A stretch of 63,995 nucleotides of DNA, filler included, from Dugesia japonica (Eukaryota), in the NCBI GenBank assembly GCA_001938525.1. It is 6 parts of 6 records of this genome, joined end to end, with 100 filler letters (N's around TTAATTAATTAA, not from the genome) between each part and the next. Parts side by side here need not be neighbours in the genome. Positions count along the whole stretch, not along the records: positions 36,872 to 45,362 come from MQRL01579154.1; positions 45,463 to 53,655 come from MQRL01189706.1; 4 more parts are not named here. One strand, given 5' to 3'. A model generated the notes under the pieces. That model was given only the letters and a program-made list of their open reading frames with translations. It was not told where the DNA came from and did not search any database. How positions within the stretch are numbered: position 1 is the first letter of the stretch; every line of letters begins with the position of its first letter. Positions 37,197 to 51,000 of the stretch are shown piece by piece. The position numbers were made by a program, and so were the translations under genes.

Positions 37197-38311
37197 ATTG
37201 ACTTCTCTCGGTATGAATGATGTGTCGATTTCATTTTCCGCTTCACTTGTTCCTCGGAAATTCGATTTTTTACTGCCGTTCTGAATGATTTTCTTACGTT
37301 TAAATAATCTTGAACCTGAATTATGAATAAAAGCCGATAAATTCGTATCGTTCGGATCGGAAGTGATTGTGTTGTAAAGATTCGAGTTGTCGTCCGATGG
37401 CAAGTTTACAGTTGAATAGGTCGATTGGTAATCAATCGAATTCGGGGATTTTTGCGGTTTATTTCTTTGTGGTGATGCTGATTTACGTTTGAGATTGATA
37501 TTATTACTATTGTTGTTGTTATTGTTATTATTATTGTTGTTGTTTTTATTGGTATTATTATTATTATTCGTATTATTATTACTGTTACTAGTTTTCGGAA
37601 GAGAATTTTCATCTTGAGATTGTTGAATATTTGTGAGTAGAAGTGGATTTAAAAGAGATTTTTCTTGAGTTTTCAAAAACGCAGAAATAAATAGAATGAA
37701 ATACTGTTCGAGTAATTTATCTAATGAAACACATGTATTCTGAATATTGGCATAAAGACTGTGAAGAGATGAGAAACTAACAAGAGAAGAAGTAGGAGCT
37801 GGCAACTGTTGTAAAATTGATGTTAAAGCAGTTTTCGTTGATAGCCATGGAGCCATTACGTTATTTGGTGATGATGTGAGAATTGCAGCTAGAATTGATT
37901 GAAGATGAGAGATCTGTTGTTGCTGCTGTTGTTCTTGGTAAGCTTGCGCAAAATATTCTGTTAGTTTTTCATTTGATCTCAATCCGGTTTGATTGACCAA
38001 TCTAGACAAATCGTTATCTCCATCATTGACCATATTGAGTATTCTTGATGTATCCAGACAATTAACCGGAAATGCAAGATTATGTTCATTTTGAGGAATG
38101 GAGAATTGATTAATGATTTCATTTGGTCCTACAATTTGCTCGTTTTTTATGGAAAACGGACTTTCGTTTAATTTTGAATCAGTTTTTATTGATAATTTCA
38201 TATTTGATCTGTCACTGATAGAATTTGGATGTTTCTGTAAAACGAGATTGTTATTGATTATATCATTTGAAAGATCTAGCGCTTCTTCACTGATGATTGA
38301 CATGGCTGGGT
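37197..38311 (-). CDS. Large exon of an unknown low-complexity (N/Q/S-rich) probable nuclear protein
   Basis: 412-aa ORF in AT-rich DNA, bounded by a TTTAG acceptor (38312) and a GTAAG donor (37196). Contains poly-Q, poly-N and basic clusters LKRKS and KRKK. Confidence 0.7.
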
Positions 38312-39879
38312 CTAAAATTAATTTAAAATAAATTAAGTTCAATTTTGTGTTATTAACAAATAATAAGTTGAAAATTTTATAAAATATATTCATACAATCA
38401 TACCAACTATTTATTTTCAAGGACATTATTTTGATTCAGTGAAACAAATTACATTAATTATTGCTAAGGATGGAACTTTGTTTGATAATAAATTATAAAA
38501 TAAGTTCCTTATTGAAGAATATTAAGAATGTCAATTTTTTAGAAATAACTTAATAACTAAATTAAGGTATTATAATTTTAATTTTTTATTTGAACTGGAT
38601 TTTTTCCAAACATTTCTATATTTCGAAATTTTTTGTAATTCATTAACTGGAATATCAATTTATTCGCAATTTCTATTATAAAATTAATAATGAAATTAGA
38701 ATCCATATGAAATCATTTATATTACTTTTGGATAAGTATAACTGTAAATTTTGATCATTTCGTTAAAAAATTAAAGCATAGATATTGCATTAAAATTTAA
38801 AAATAACCTCGTTTTAATAATATAAATAATATAATTCAATAAACTTCGATTTACTCGAATCCCCTTACTCGGATGTTCTTTTAAACGGGACGAAATTTCC
38901 TGCACGGATATAGAATCTTGTGGTTATATAAAATATTTAATTAATACGGATACAGTTATTCTGGAAATCCTGTGAAATGAATTCCGAAGCATTATAAAAA
39001 TAAAACTGTTAATCTGAAATCTTATTTTAATTTAGTAAGTAAACAAGTAAATTTTATATTGTGTTGCAATACTACTGTCATAAATGGGTTCCAAATCTCC
39101 TAAAGAGCGTATTACTGTTCTGATGTCTATCATTATGAAGGGCACTGAAAAGTCGCCATTATGGGTTATAGATAAGTGGTTAGAAACCTTTTGCGAACGA
39201 TGTGTCGACATTTGCTTCCAAACTATATAAGTAATTTAAACCAGTTGATTCAATTTACCTGTTGCACAATATATAATATATAGAAATTTTATGTAATAAT
39301 AATAATTAAACCATATTGAAAGTTTATATTCATATTCAAATTTTTGCTTCATCACCTTTGCTTAGTGTGATACCTAGTAACCACAGAAATTGTTGATGCT
39401 TTCTCCTACATCACGATTCACCATTCCTGGATTCAGCGTAGCTAGTGTGTTTGGAGCCCGGTAACAAGATTCATATTTTATTTTATTTATATTTCTGGTC
39501 ATAGGTTACGAAATCTGTATTCTATTGATTATGCTTAGCAATATTAAATTCACACAATAATATTGATAGTGCATAACAAAAGTTGACTGAAAGAGAGTGT
39601 CGAACCTTAAATCTTAATAGATATCATATTAAAACGATACAAAAAATACACAATACAAATATTTCAAACCCTATTTTGGCGTCCCACCCTAGCTACGCCT
39701 CTGGCTGTATCCCGTCTTATGTTTTCTTTTCCAATTTTATTCGGCTCTATAATTATTGTGTATTGTCTGGTTACTGGAGATAAAATTCGAACAACTTTTA
39801 CATAACAAATTTTATTTTATAGTTAATCACATCACACATCCAGATCAATTATGTCGCTGTTTTTTTTTAATTCCTCCTT

Positions 39880-40130
39880 TTCAATCTTTGAGGACTGATT
39901 AAAGGCCCGTACTGTAGCTATCATGACTCATTCCAAGTCTACATATGCCTTATTGATATCTGTAATCATTCTGCAGGTCTGAGACAAGGCGAGATCACGT
40001 TCTTTTGATTTTGCGTTTTTCTCTCGTAATGCATTGTTCTTTCTCTGCAACTAGCTTATTTCGTTCTGCATCCGCTTTTGCATTGAACTCTATTTCTTCT
40101 TCAAGTCCGTTACGGGGACATCACTTGTTC
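39880..40130 (-). pseudogene. Unknown gene ORF-B, second copy
   Basis: SMQKRMQNEIS*LQRKNNALREKNAKSKERDLALSQTCRMITDINKAYVDLE is homologous to 22070-22400. Confidence 0.75.
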
Positions 40131-40367
40131 GTTTCTGTGGATTTACCACTAATAGAATATAAATTGAATCTATAGCATATCCTGTTTTAATAATAATTTA
40201 TAATTCATTAATATAGTGATATTGTTTGATTATTGTGAAATTTTTATCAAAGAATAATTTCATTCATTGTTTAATTTGTCGTTAAGTTATTTCTATTGCT
40301 ACGGAGTCTTTAAGCGAGTCAAGAGAAATATAATCAAAATGAAGTTATATTGATGTAGTACTACAAA

Positions 40368-40889
40368 TCACATGATTGTTTCCTTAGTATCACTCGCTTT
40401 ATTCAGTGGCACGATGCTCTGCTGCAGAACTCTTTCTACTTTTGATGTTAAACGCTCGGAAAATTAAGAGTGTTCTTCGGCTTCGGTGTGTGCCAGTCAC
40501 AGAGTTTGGATCAAATGTTGTTGATGTTTGTGTACTTCCGTTTTTCTGATCGAGAGCGCAATCAATTTCTTCTAACGCTGTTCTTTCCAGATCGTGGTCT
40601 TCATAATCTGCTGTTCATGTAGGTCCATGCGATTCTGAAGCTCATTTATCCGATCTAATTGTGTGGCTTGCCTTTCTTGCTGCCGTTGCACCTCATTCGT
40701 TAAGGTCTGGATTTCTGCATCTTTATTTCCCAGCCGCGCTTGCGTGACCTACAAATGTTCCATATCTGTTGCATAGGATCCGATCGAATCCCACAACGTT
40801 GGAATATTGTTGCAGGAGTCTGTACCAAAGGATCATCCGTTTATCTCCAGCGACTGCTAGGCTTATTCATTAGAAATTCTCCTTGACAT
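40368..40889 (-). pseudogene. Unknown coiled-coil gene ORF-A, copy 3
   Basis: MSRRIS...NNIPTLWDSIGSYATDMEHL*VTQ...KLIALSIRKTEVHKHQQHLIQTL...LTSKVERVLQQSIVPL. Confidence 0.8.
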
Positions 40890-41059
40890 CAAGCGCAAAA
40901 TAATAATGTTAGAATTTTCGCTTATGAACAATTATATATTATCAAATTAAATAAATAATAAACGAAATCTAACAATACAAACAGGATCAAACACTCGTCA
41001 AATTCGACGGAGTTGGAGTTTTTGCTCTGACTTTTTTTAAAAATACGTTAACAAGAGCG

Positions 41060-41333
41060 TAAAATGAAAATTTTTTATCAGAAATTCTGAAATTTGGTTC
41101 GTCTTTTATACCCAGCTGTATCGTCAAATTTGTCAAGTACAGTTCAGGCGACTTCAAATTTCTGTAAAACTCAATGAATCGTACGGTACTCAGCGGTACA
41201 TTCTATACACATCTCCAAATTTGGACATGTTAATTTTCACTACTCATTTGATTTGGCGGTGCTCACTCGGCATCATATATTTTATTAAATTCTCAATTCT
41301 CTTTGTGCAATGCTCAACCGACACAAATTTGCA
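41060..41333 (-). promoter_or_regulatory. Conserved TATA-containing block upstream of ORF-A copy 3
   Basis: ggTATAAAAgac on the minus strand at 41101-41112. Colinear with 19900-20260. Confidence 0.6.
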
Positions 41334-42479
41334 NNNNNNNNNNNNNNNNNNNNNNNNNNNNNNNNNNNNNNNNNNNNNNNNNNNNNNNNNNNNNNNNNNN
41401 NNNNNNNNNNNNNNNNNNATAATATTTTTGGCGAAAAATATTAATTTTTGGAAAGTTTGTTTTCCACAGATAAATAGCAATATATACAAGAACTAATATA
41501 AATAAATTAATACCATTAATAAATTCTTAGATAAAACTATCTCTTCTTTCTTTATATATAATCTTTATCTTCATATTCTATTTCTTTCGCTAAATTTAAT
41601 AATATTTATTTGATAATAATATTTATAAAAATAATAAATTTACAAGTTTAACTACCGTTATTATACTAATATTCTTCTTTTAGATTATAATTTACTGGAT
41701 TTATACTATTTTATTAAATATGGTAATAATAATGATTATATACTAATATTTATTGTAATAATTTTCCATTTTTACACTTATTATAATAATGATTTCTATT
41801 TATCTTACATCCCTTAATTCTATCAAGAAATTTTAATCTGCTTTTGTTTTAATTCTACTTTTAGTAATTATTATTTTACTATGTTATAAATCATTTTATT
41901 ATACCATAGATAAAATTATAAATAATAGTATATGTTCTGTTTAATTTTTCTTCCATTTAATATTTCTTTCGTTGTTAGTCTTTAATTAATTTATTTAATT
42001 ACTCAATATTATTCCTTTTATTCTCTTTTTATCGTTTTCTGAATTATTAAATTTGTATTTATATTTCATATATCCAATGCAACCCTTTTCTTTAATTCGG
42101 TGCGCATTAATTTATCAGAGCCTTGTTAGTTTAATTTGATTATCGTTTTCTTTGATTTCCGTCGATTAATTATTGTTGATCCTTTTATTTACTGCGCTTG
42201 TTTTATCGTTTGTTTTTTTATTATTTGATCTTATTTTAATTAATTATTATTTCGTTGAGCATTATTGTTTCGTTGAATACTATTCTATGATCTTAATTTC
42301 ACAATCTATTCTCCTTACATTTATTTCGTTATTATTTTATTTCCATCATTTATTGATTTATTTTAACCGCTCTTTTATTATCCTTGATATTTTTTCATTC
42401 ACATACTTATTGTTTCGTTTAATTCTCGACTTTTTCTTATTTATAATTTCTTTTGTTTTAATGATCAGTTGTTAAATTT

Positions 42480-42970
42480 GTGCTGTTTAAACATTTTCAA
42501 AATTTATAAATGTTTTTTTTTAATTTTTAAATTATATGCTTTCATAAATTTTTCTTGTTCCTTTTTAAAATAACTTTCATTTAAAGATTTAAAATTTATA
42601 AATATTTTTAAAATTATCATCTTTGCAGTTAATTATTTTCTGAATAACTTTCATAAAATTTTTCAATTTTTTAAACTTTAATAAATTTTCAAACAAACAA
42701 AGATTCAGCACTGTATGCTATAATAATTAAAATTTTTAAATTTTAAAAATAACAATTTTTGAAAATTTCTGAATAATATTGAACATTAAGCATAAAAAAA
42801 CAAACCAACTTACACCACTGGGTTTTGAATAAATGAATTGAAAATTTTAAAAGGTATAATAAAAAAATTATTATTTTAAAATTTTGTAGAAATGTTATGA
42901 ATAATATTGAGCATCACGCACAAACATACAAACAAAAAAACATACATCACTGGGCTACTCATATAATTAT
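42480..42970 (+). repeat. Dispersed AAACAAAC-type repeat, copy 2
   Basis: Similar to 4260-4700 and 45465-45880. Confidence 0.75.
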
Positions 42971-43559
42971 TATTTCTAATTGAGAATTCAGTTTAAAATT
43001 TAGTTTTTAATTTTATTAATATATAACATGAGATTCACAATTAGTACATTCATATATCTACCGTAGTTCACATTTCCTAATCGTTAAAAAATATTTCTAT
43101 GTTTATTTTATTACTTCTGAAACATGATATCTATTTAGTTATTTAGTAGTTATTCAAAAATAGTATAATTTTTAAAAAAAATTACTAAATACAAAAAATT
43201 TGAATCTTTTCTGATTGAATATTCGTAAACTTTCTATGAGGAAAGAGGTTTTTTATTGAGCTACTTAAATAAATATTTGTATTTGACTATATCATGCTTT
43301 GTACAAAAATAAGATAAATAATCAATATTTTTAAACATAATTTTTACATTGATCAGAGAATTAAAAGTTCTTCATTCAGCTGAAATAGGAACTTAAATTG
43401 ATATCTAAAAGTTTTAAATATTACCAAAAATCAGTTACTTCAGGTAAACGGAATCAAACATAATGCATGATTTCCATCAATTCCACTGCTTCAAATATTG
43501 TTCCTCGAAATTCTCTTCTTGATCTATACGTTTCTTATTTTTACATCATATTTCCTCGT

Positions 43560-44460
43560 TATTGAGGTCACTGATAATCTTATTCCACATTACTGACATA
43601 TTTCATCACGCCATTTCTATTATTGTTTCTATCTTGTAACTAGTCATTGTTCTTATTGTTATTGTTTTCAATACATTTTCTCAGTGATTTTATCGTCTTT
43701 TATTATATCTTATTATATCTTGTGTGCCCATAACTATGGCATATCCAACACTCTAGTTCTGTTCTTTTTGCAACTTTCTCAATATTTTGTCTCCTGTCGC
43801 CGATAAGTTCTCCACATGTTACACTCACGAAACTCTTTACTACGTTAATATGTGCTCTTCTTTCTATTTTTTAAATTAGTGATAGTGTATCTTTTCTATC
43901 TTCTACTTTTTTCAATTTTTTTATGATTATCTCTTTTTCTGCTATTCTTTTTCCTGTGCAAATCACTAGTATTTTTATTAAGAGTTTTTCTTTCGTCAGT
44001 TCTTCATTTGCTAAAGATTTATCGACCAAATCTGCTACTTTTTAAAAGAACATTTTATGGTCTTCACCACCACGTTGATAGTTTACAAGATTCTGGAGAT
44101 CTTTTATTACATCTCTCTTGCTCTAAAACAATTATCGCAATCGCCCTTGATATCCGTCAGCTTTCTTCAATGTTTTCACATATGCCTCCATTAATTCAAG
44201 TATACATGTTATTAGGCGTTTTTGATCTTTCTTAAAAACGATGTTCTTCACCTCGAAGTTTATTTCACACCGTTTAATAAACTTTTCTAGATCATCGCCT
44301 CTGCAAAATATTGTTGGCAACAATNTCTCTGTGATTGCTTCGGTGTTTACCGCTGCCACCATGTTATATGAGTTTGAAATACCCATCGGATAATTAATGT
44401 CAAAACTCGTTTCCATAAAATATTTATTCACAAAACAAAACTACATTCATCACAATTTGT
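43560..44460 (-). mobile_element. Ty3/gypsy 5' remnant: LTR end, PBS and gag with zinc knuckle
   Basis: taaca-TGGTGGCAGCGG PBS at ~44350-44366. RGDDLEKFIKRCEINF. Degenerate knuckle ECWICQ*LWAH near 43730. Confidence 0.7.
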
Positions 44461-44874
44461 TTATTTAAACAAATTAAAACTCTATGCTTTAATTGGAAAT
44501 CACTTTTCAATAAATTTCAAATTTTAGAGTTTTATGGGATTTTATAGGTTATCCATATAGTATTATAGAGTTTTAAATATTCTTATAGAGTTTTATAAGG
44601 TTTTAATGTTTTTAAAGTTCATAAGTTTTTAATTAATAAATTTTTAATTAAAAATAAATTAATTTTTGTTTAGGTATATTAAATTAAAAATGACTGATAA
44701 TTAATTATTGTTATATTTATTTCTTTTTGTTGTTTAACTGAGCTAAATAAATAAAATGGTAGATGACCTTGAAAAATCCATAATTCGTCATTATTTCATA
44801 AGTCAATAACAAAGTAAGTGACTATATATTTGTTAATTTATTTTAGTGATTTGTTTATTTTATATGTAAACAAA

Positions 44875-45362
44875 ATGAATTCAAAGAAAAATATTTCAAC
44901 AAACATGACGAGAAGCTTTAACATGGTAAGTTGAAATTATTAATTTATTGTTATTGATTTATATTTTAGACTGAAAAAATAAATGATACGCAACTTGGCG
45001 CTTCTATTAATGAACCTACAATAGAAAGTGACCTTTATAAGTGTCATCAAATATTGAAACTTGACGATCCCAAATTAAATATAAAACAAATAATTTTAAC
45101 TGATATATTAATAGAAAAATTATTGAAGATACTCGAAGAATTAAAGAGTGTAAAAATACAATTTGGAATACATACGGCATTTGCCAAGGATGAATAAATA
45201 AAAACATGTAGATTATCGAATAGAGCACTTCCTTTAAGTGATAAGTTTTTCGAAGAAGGTATCAATTCAATGAATGAAAAGATAATTATTAGGTCACAAT
45301 TAAGAAGCAATTGGACATTATCTCGTATCTTAGAAATAAGTTTTAAGATAACAAAAACTAGT
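44875..45362 (+). pseudogene. Spliced Maverick/Polinton-type gene 5' end (exons 44875-44925 and 44970 to contig end)
   Basis: A GTAAGT...TTTTAG 44-bp intron joins MNSKKNISTNMTRSFNM in frame to TEKINDT...LKSVKIQFGI...SNWTLSRILEISFKI. Homologous to 6780-7000. One in-frame TAA. Confidence 0.6.
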
Positions 45363-45464
45363 NNNNNNNNNNNNNNNNNNNNNNNNNNNNNNNNNNNNNN
45401 NNNNNNTTAATTAATTAANNNNNNNNNNNNNNNNNNNNNNNNNNNNNNNNNNNNNNNNNNNNAA

Positions 45465-45880
45465 TCTGTACTAAATTTTCAATAAAATAAATATAAATCT
45501 GTATTATTAGTTTTCATATTTTAAAGTTAACATTTTGAGAATTATTTTCAAAATTTATAGATGTTTTATTCTCATTTTTTAAATTATCTGCTTTCATAAA
45601 TTATTCTTGTTGTTTTTAAAAATAACTTTCATTGAAAGACTTAAAATTTTCATTGAAATTTTTTAAATTATTATCATTGAAGTTAATCATTTTTAAATAC
45701 TGATTCTGGTCATTTATTAAATAACTTTCATTAAACCTTTCAATTTTAAAAACTTTTATAAATTTTCAATAAAACAAACAAGCAAACATACACCACGGGG
45801 TTTTTAATACATTCATTGAAATTTTTAAACCTATAATAAAAATTCATAATTTTTAAAACTTTATGAATAATATTAAGCAC
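45465..45880 (+). repeat. Dispersed AAACAAAC-type repeat, copy 3
   Basis: Similar to 4260-4700 and 42480-42970. Confidence 0.75.
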
Positions 45881-48015
45881 GTAAGGAAAAGAAATTTGGA
45901 TCGAAAGTTTTAATTTAGTAAAATCTCAAATACAGGCCTTGTCGTGAACGTTTAAGCTTTGTTCTGTTCCAGACACATGTCTGGCAGATTGATTGATACC
46001 ATGTCTTCTTTTTTTTAAATGATTTCTTTAATTCCTATTGATTTCTATTCATTTTCTTCATTGAATCATCCTTTTTCCTTGATTCTTTCAGCTCCTCTTC
46101 TTAGCTATCTCCTAAACTGTAGTCATTAGTCAAGTGTTACGGTTGCTTTCGTTGGAGGTGATCAATCTTCTGATTACAACTTACCTAATGGGTATTCCTA
46201 TTTTCCATAATTTTGTAAATTGACTTATCAATCAGTCAATAATAAAGATTNNNNNNNNNNNNNNNNNNNNNNNNNNNNNNNNNNNNNNNNNNNNNNNNNN
46301 NNNNNNNNNNNNNNNNNNNNNNNNNNAAATAATAAAACACAAAAAATGAAAATAAATATAAAAAATTAAATGTCGTTTTTCACAAAACAGTAATTACTAA
46401 ATTTTGCAAATAAACAGTTTAATTGTATCATTGGCAAATAATTGTCTTTTAAATGAGGATACAAAGAAATATTTATAGGAATAGTGATTGTCAGAGATTA
46501 TTATAATTGCCAAAATGATCATTGATTGTTGAGCTGGAGATCTGAGAGGAATAATATCTTTATATATATCTTTATGAGGGGTTCTATAGGAATTCGCTCA
46601 CATAACTTTATTAAGTTAATCACTAAACGATTCTCCATCTAGTAAAAATTCCTTTATTAACTCCGTGAATGGCTCAACATGTTCTTTCCGCAGTCGTTCC
46701 TGTTTTTAGGATTATTCAGCTGATTCGCTGAACGCTTTGCATCTCCGTTTATATTGTGCAGTCTTGGCTCTGAAATTTGCTACTTGAGCCTTGGTTCGCC
46801 GTTTGCTTAGCTTATATAGTTCTCGTTCATTTCCTAGTCCTCGTTGTCCTCTCGGCAACAATTTTTAGGAGCGGAAGATTTTGTGTGTAAACCAGACACT
46901 TAAAAAAATTAAATACGTCCATATGGCATTCTTAACACTTGTGTTTAAAGCAAAATGTCATCCTCAGTCGCATACTTCCGTAGAGGTAATGGTACGAGAG
47001 GCCAAAGGAGAAAAAACAGTTTCACGTGTCACTTGACCGGCCCCCATTGAATTGGTAGATTATGCGCAATTTAAAATAGTTAAATTATCCAAGGAAAAGT
47101 AAAAACTCTGAGATCAATAAATTACTGCTTCACCCCAACAAATAAGATACAGATCCAGGAGAAGGTGGCATGCAGCGAGAAGTGATTTAAGTAGTAATTT
47201 AGGAATAAAGCGAAGTTAATGATAAACAACCATGAAGGACAGAAGTAAAAATAGAAGAAAGAAACAAAGGATGCGATGAAATAATGAGAAAACCGACGGG
47301 AATAAGAACAGAAAGAAAAGAATACAAAGAAAAGGAAAGACAGAATAAGAATATAAGGAAGGTAGAAATAGTGAATGTGTCGAATACTTCACTAAAAAGT
47401 ATAAAAATTTGAAATTAAATTAATAATTAGCCACAGAAAAAGATTGTTAAATGAATTATGTACGAGATAAAAAGGCGGAAATATGAGAATCCAATTTAGA
47501 AATAAATTGTAAAAAATAAAACAAATAAAGTAAGATAAATCATTCAAACTAAAATGAATTATTATTAAAACGGAATTAATTTTTTAAGAAAGCTAAACCA
47601 GAAGAAAATAAAGGTTTCCCATAAATTAAATATTGACAAGAAAATTATGGCTCAGGAAAATACGTATATTCAAAAAACCAAAGTAAGAAAACTATAAATT
47701 AATCGGGAAGAAATTTACAAGGGTTTAGGAATTCTAAATAATTAGCCAGTAGAATGAAGCGGTACGATATGGCGTGATGTTTTTGATAAATTAGAAAAAT
47801 TTAACAACGCAAATGATTGGTTCACCACCACTATAAATACAATGGCGATTTACACAAAAGCATCATAAAAAATTCATTTCTAAGTTTATAGCTAAGTGTT
47901 ACTAAACCTTGTAACGTGACTTATCGGACTAAATTCGCAACGGTTTTTGCTGATGGGTTAAATTATGAATAGATGAATTTATGCTTATCATGCTACATGC
48001 TTCGGATTGTTCTAA

Positions 48016-51000
48016 TGTTGATACATCACCAGAGGACAATAGTAATTACTAATTATCTTTTCCTTTTGTAATATTATTTATACATAGTTCGCTTTATTTA
48101 AATATAGTATAGTACATATTAGCAAGAAAAACGCTATCCTCATCTAACATTTATTTAAGACAAAGTTGCTATCAAATAAAAATCTAATTAGAAAAGTTTT
48201 AATATTCAAACAAATATGCGCAATAATTATTTTAATTATTTTCTTGAAATGTTTTAAATTTCAAAGATTTTATAAATATTTTAATTGCGCATATAAATTT
48301 GAAATTAAACAATTCAAATATCATTCTCACATCCCCTTTCTTTAAGAAAACGTCTGATCTTTTCCACATTTCTTTCCTTTGTCCGGCGCAGATAAACTTG
48401 AACCAGATATCTTCGGTCATATATCTTTTTTACTACAAAGAATGGACCTACAAAAAGATCCTGATCCTTATTTCTTGTTTCCTCCTTGATAAGCACTGTA
48501 TCTCCAATAGTGAAAGTTCTTTTGGTTGGGTACGTAACCTTTGGTTTATTGTCTACCTTCTCGAACTCTAGTTTTCTAGGTAGAAACCACCTTTCTCTGC
48601 TAATATTTCTACCAAACACCGTTTCCGCCGGGCTTTTACCTGTTGTTTTCATCGCAAATTCAATCTCTGGTAGAATTTCTGCCCAATTCTTTGCATTTCT
48701 GTCTGCTATTGATGCCCCAATCCAGTCTCTGATAGTCCGAAATTGCCTTTCTACCTGTCTATTCGTATTGTGGTGATAAGGACTTGAAAAACATAGCTTA
48801 ATATTCATCTCATTTGCAAATTTCTTCATTCTTTGAGATTCAAATATGAATACAACCTGTATGAATATATATCGGAGCTCCTACCTTTAATATCCAGTTA
48901 TCTTTCAATACACGAGTTATTGACTCTTCGTCTTGTTTTGCTGTTGCTGTCAATGATATATATTTACTATTCTGCTCGATAATAGCTACAATTTATTTCT
49001 TTTTATGAAACGTTTCTGGCCATGGTCCTGCTATATCAATATATATTCTCTCAAACGGTCTCGCCAACTCGGATTTTATAGTTTCTTTTTTAGTTTTAGT
49101 TGTTACCACCTTCACACACTGACATGCTTCGCATTTGTCCACGATTTCCTCTACAATTCCCCACAACCTAGTCATGTCATAAAGATTCCTAATATATTTG
49201 GCAACTTTTTTTGATCCTGCGTGTGCTAGCAACTGATGCATTTCTCTGAACATATCCGATTTTCTATCTGTCGGTGTCCAAATCTTTCCGTTTTGTGTTA
49301 ATATCTGACCGTCTATCCATTGAAATCTCGCTTCCTTACTATCTTTGATTTGTTCTCGTATTATTCATATCTCTTCATTCTCTCTTTCCCATTTTGATGT
49401 CTCCGTTATTGTATTCAATCGTATCGTTTTTAATTTGCCTCCTACAGGATTTTCGTGTGACATCATGCATTATACATAAGTGCCACATGCCTCCCTTGAG
49501 AGAAAATCCGCATTGCCATGTTTCTCGCCTTTGCGATACTGTAAATCATTGTCTAATGCACTTAGGTAACTGATCCAATTTTGAAACTGTGCCGTTATAG
49601 ATTTTTTTGTCGTTAACATAAACGTAATTGCCTTATGATCTGTTCGCAGAGTGAATCTTTGCAGTGACTGAAATGGTTGCAAAAATAGAATATCGCCAGT
49701 AGCTCTTTTCTTGTCATAAAATACCCAAATTCGTGGTTATTCATTGCGTGGGATCCATACTCTATCACCTTTTCTTGTCTATTGTTGTCAATTTGTGATA
49801 ATACAGCACCGATTGTATTGTTGCTTGCATCCGTATNCAGTATGAATTCTCTCCTGACATCCGGAAACACTAAAATTGGCGGCTTCGTTAACGCTTCTTT
49901 CATATCTCTGAATGAATGTTCGCAGCTCTGTGTCCGTATTAACTTCTTATTATTTACACTGCACAGTTTTTCTAGTTGCCAAGCCTTCTTTGCGTAATCC
50001 TTTATGAATCTTCTGTAATAGCAACATATCCCCAAGAAACTTCTTAATCCCTTTACGCATTTGGGCCTTTTGTAGGTCTGTATTGCAAACAATATGACTG
50101 GATTGGTCTGAACTACTTGATCACTTATGATGTGTCCCAAAACTTTGATCTCTTTTCTTAGCAATTGACATTTTGAGGGGCTCAAACGTAGTCCTGCTTG
50201 ATGTATTTCACTAAATACTTCATCCATTGTTTTATAATGCTCTTCTAAGTTTTCTGAATATATTAGAATATCGTCTAAATACANCATTGTTCCTTTTGTT
50301 GTACCTAAAACCTTTGTCATGAGTTTCTGGAATGTCCCAGGTGCTGCAGCTATGCCAAACGGCATTCTATTGACCTGACTTTGCTGAAAAGGTTGTTTTA
50401 TCTTTTGACTCCTCTTCTAGCTATACCTGATAGTAAGCATTACCTAAATCTAACGAGCTGAAGAATTTTGACCCGCCTAATCTATACAGAATCTCTTCTA
50501 CATTTGACATTGGAAATGCTTGTTTTTACTTAATGGCGTTCCCTTGTCGAAATTCCAGACAGAGACGAATATCTGCTTTTTCTTTTTCCAGATACATATC
50601 AACGGGTGTTCCATGTTGAATTGCACTTTCTTATAATTCCATTTTCAAAAAGATTACGTACCATTTCGTTTATCTTATCCTCAAGGTTCATAGGTGTCCT
50701 CCATGGCTTAACATTTATAGGTCTTCCTTTTGTTACTATTTTATGCTTCACCAGTTTTGTGCATCCTATGTCCGATTCGTCTGCTATAAATATATTTGAA
50801 TGTTTTCTTATCAACTCCTTGATTTTGGAATTTTCCAATGTATTTATCTCACTCATAGCTTTTTAACATTTTACTTCATCTGTAATAATCCTTCCAAAAT
50901 ACGGCTCAATATTGCAAATCCGATCTTGATTATGTTTTTCTGCTGTATCTATCCAATGTAGTACTAATCCAAAACTGGTCTGCAACTCAATGCCACCAAT

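Noticed and set aside
42173-42475. Hydrophobic 'membrane protein' ORFs (also 18600-18821, 13706-13906, 9488-9700)
   Set aside because: Translation of T-rich low-complexity strands yields F/L/I-rich peptides; there is no other coding evidence.
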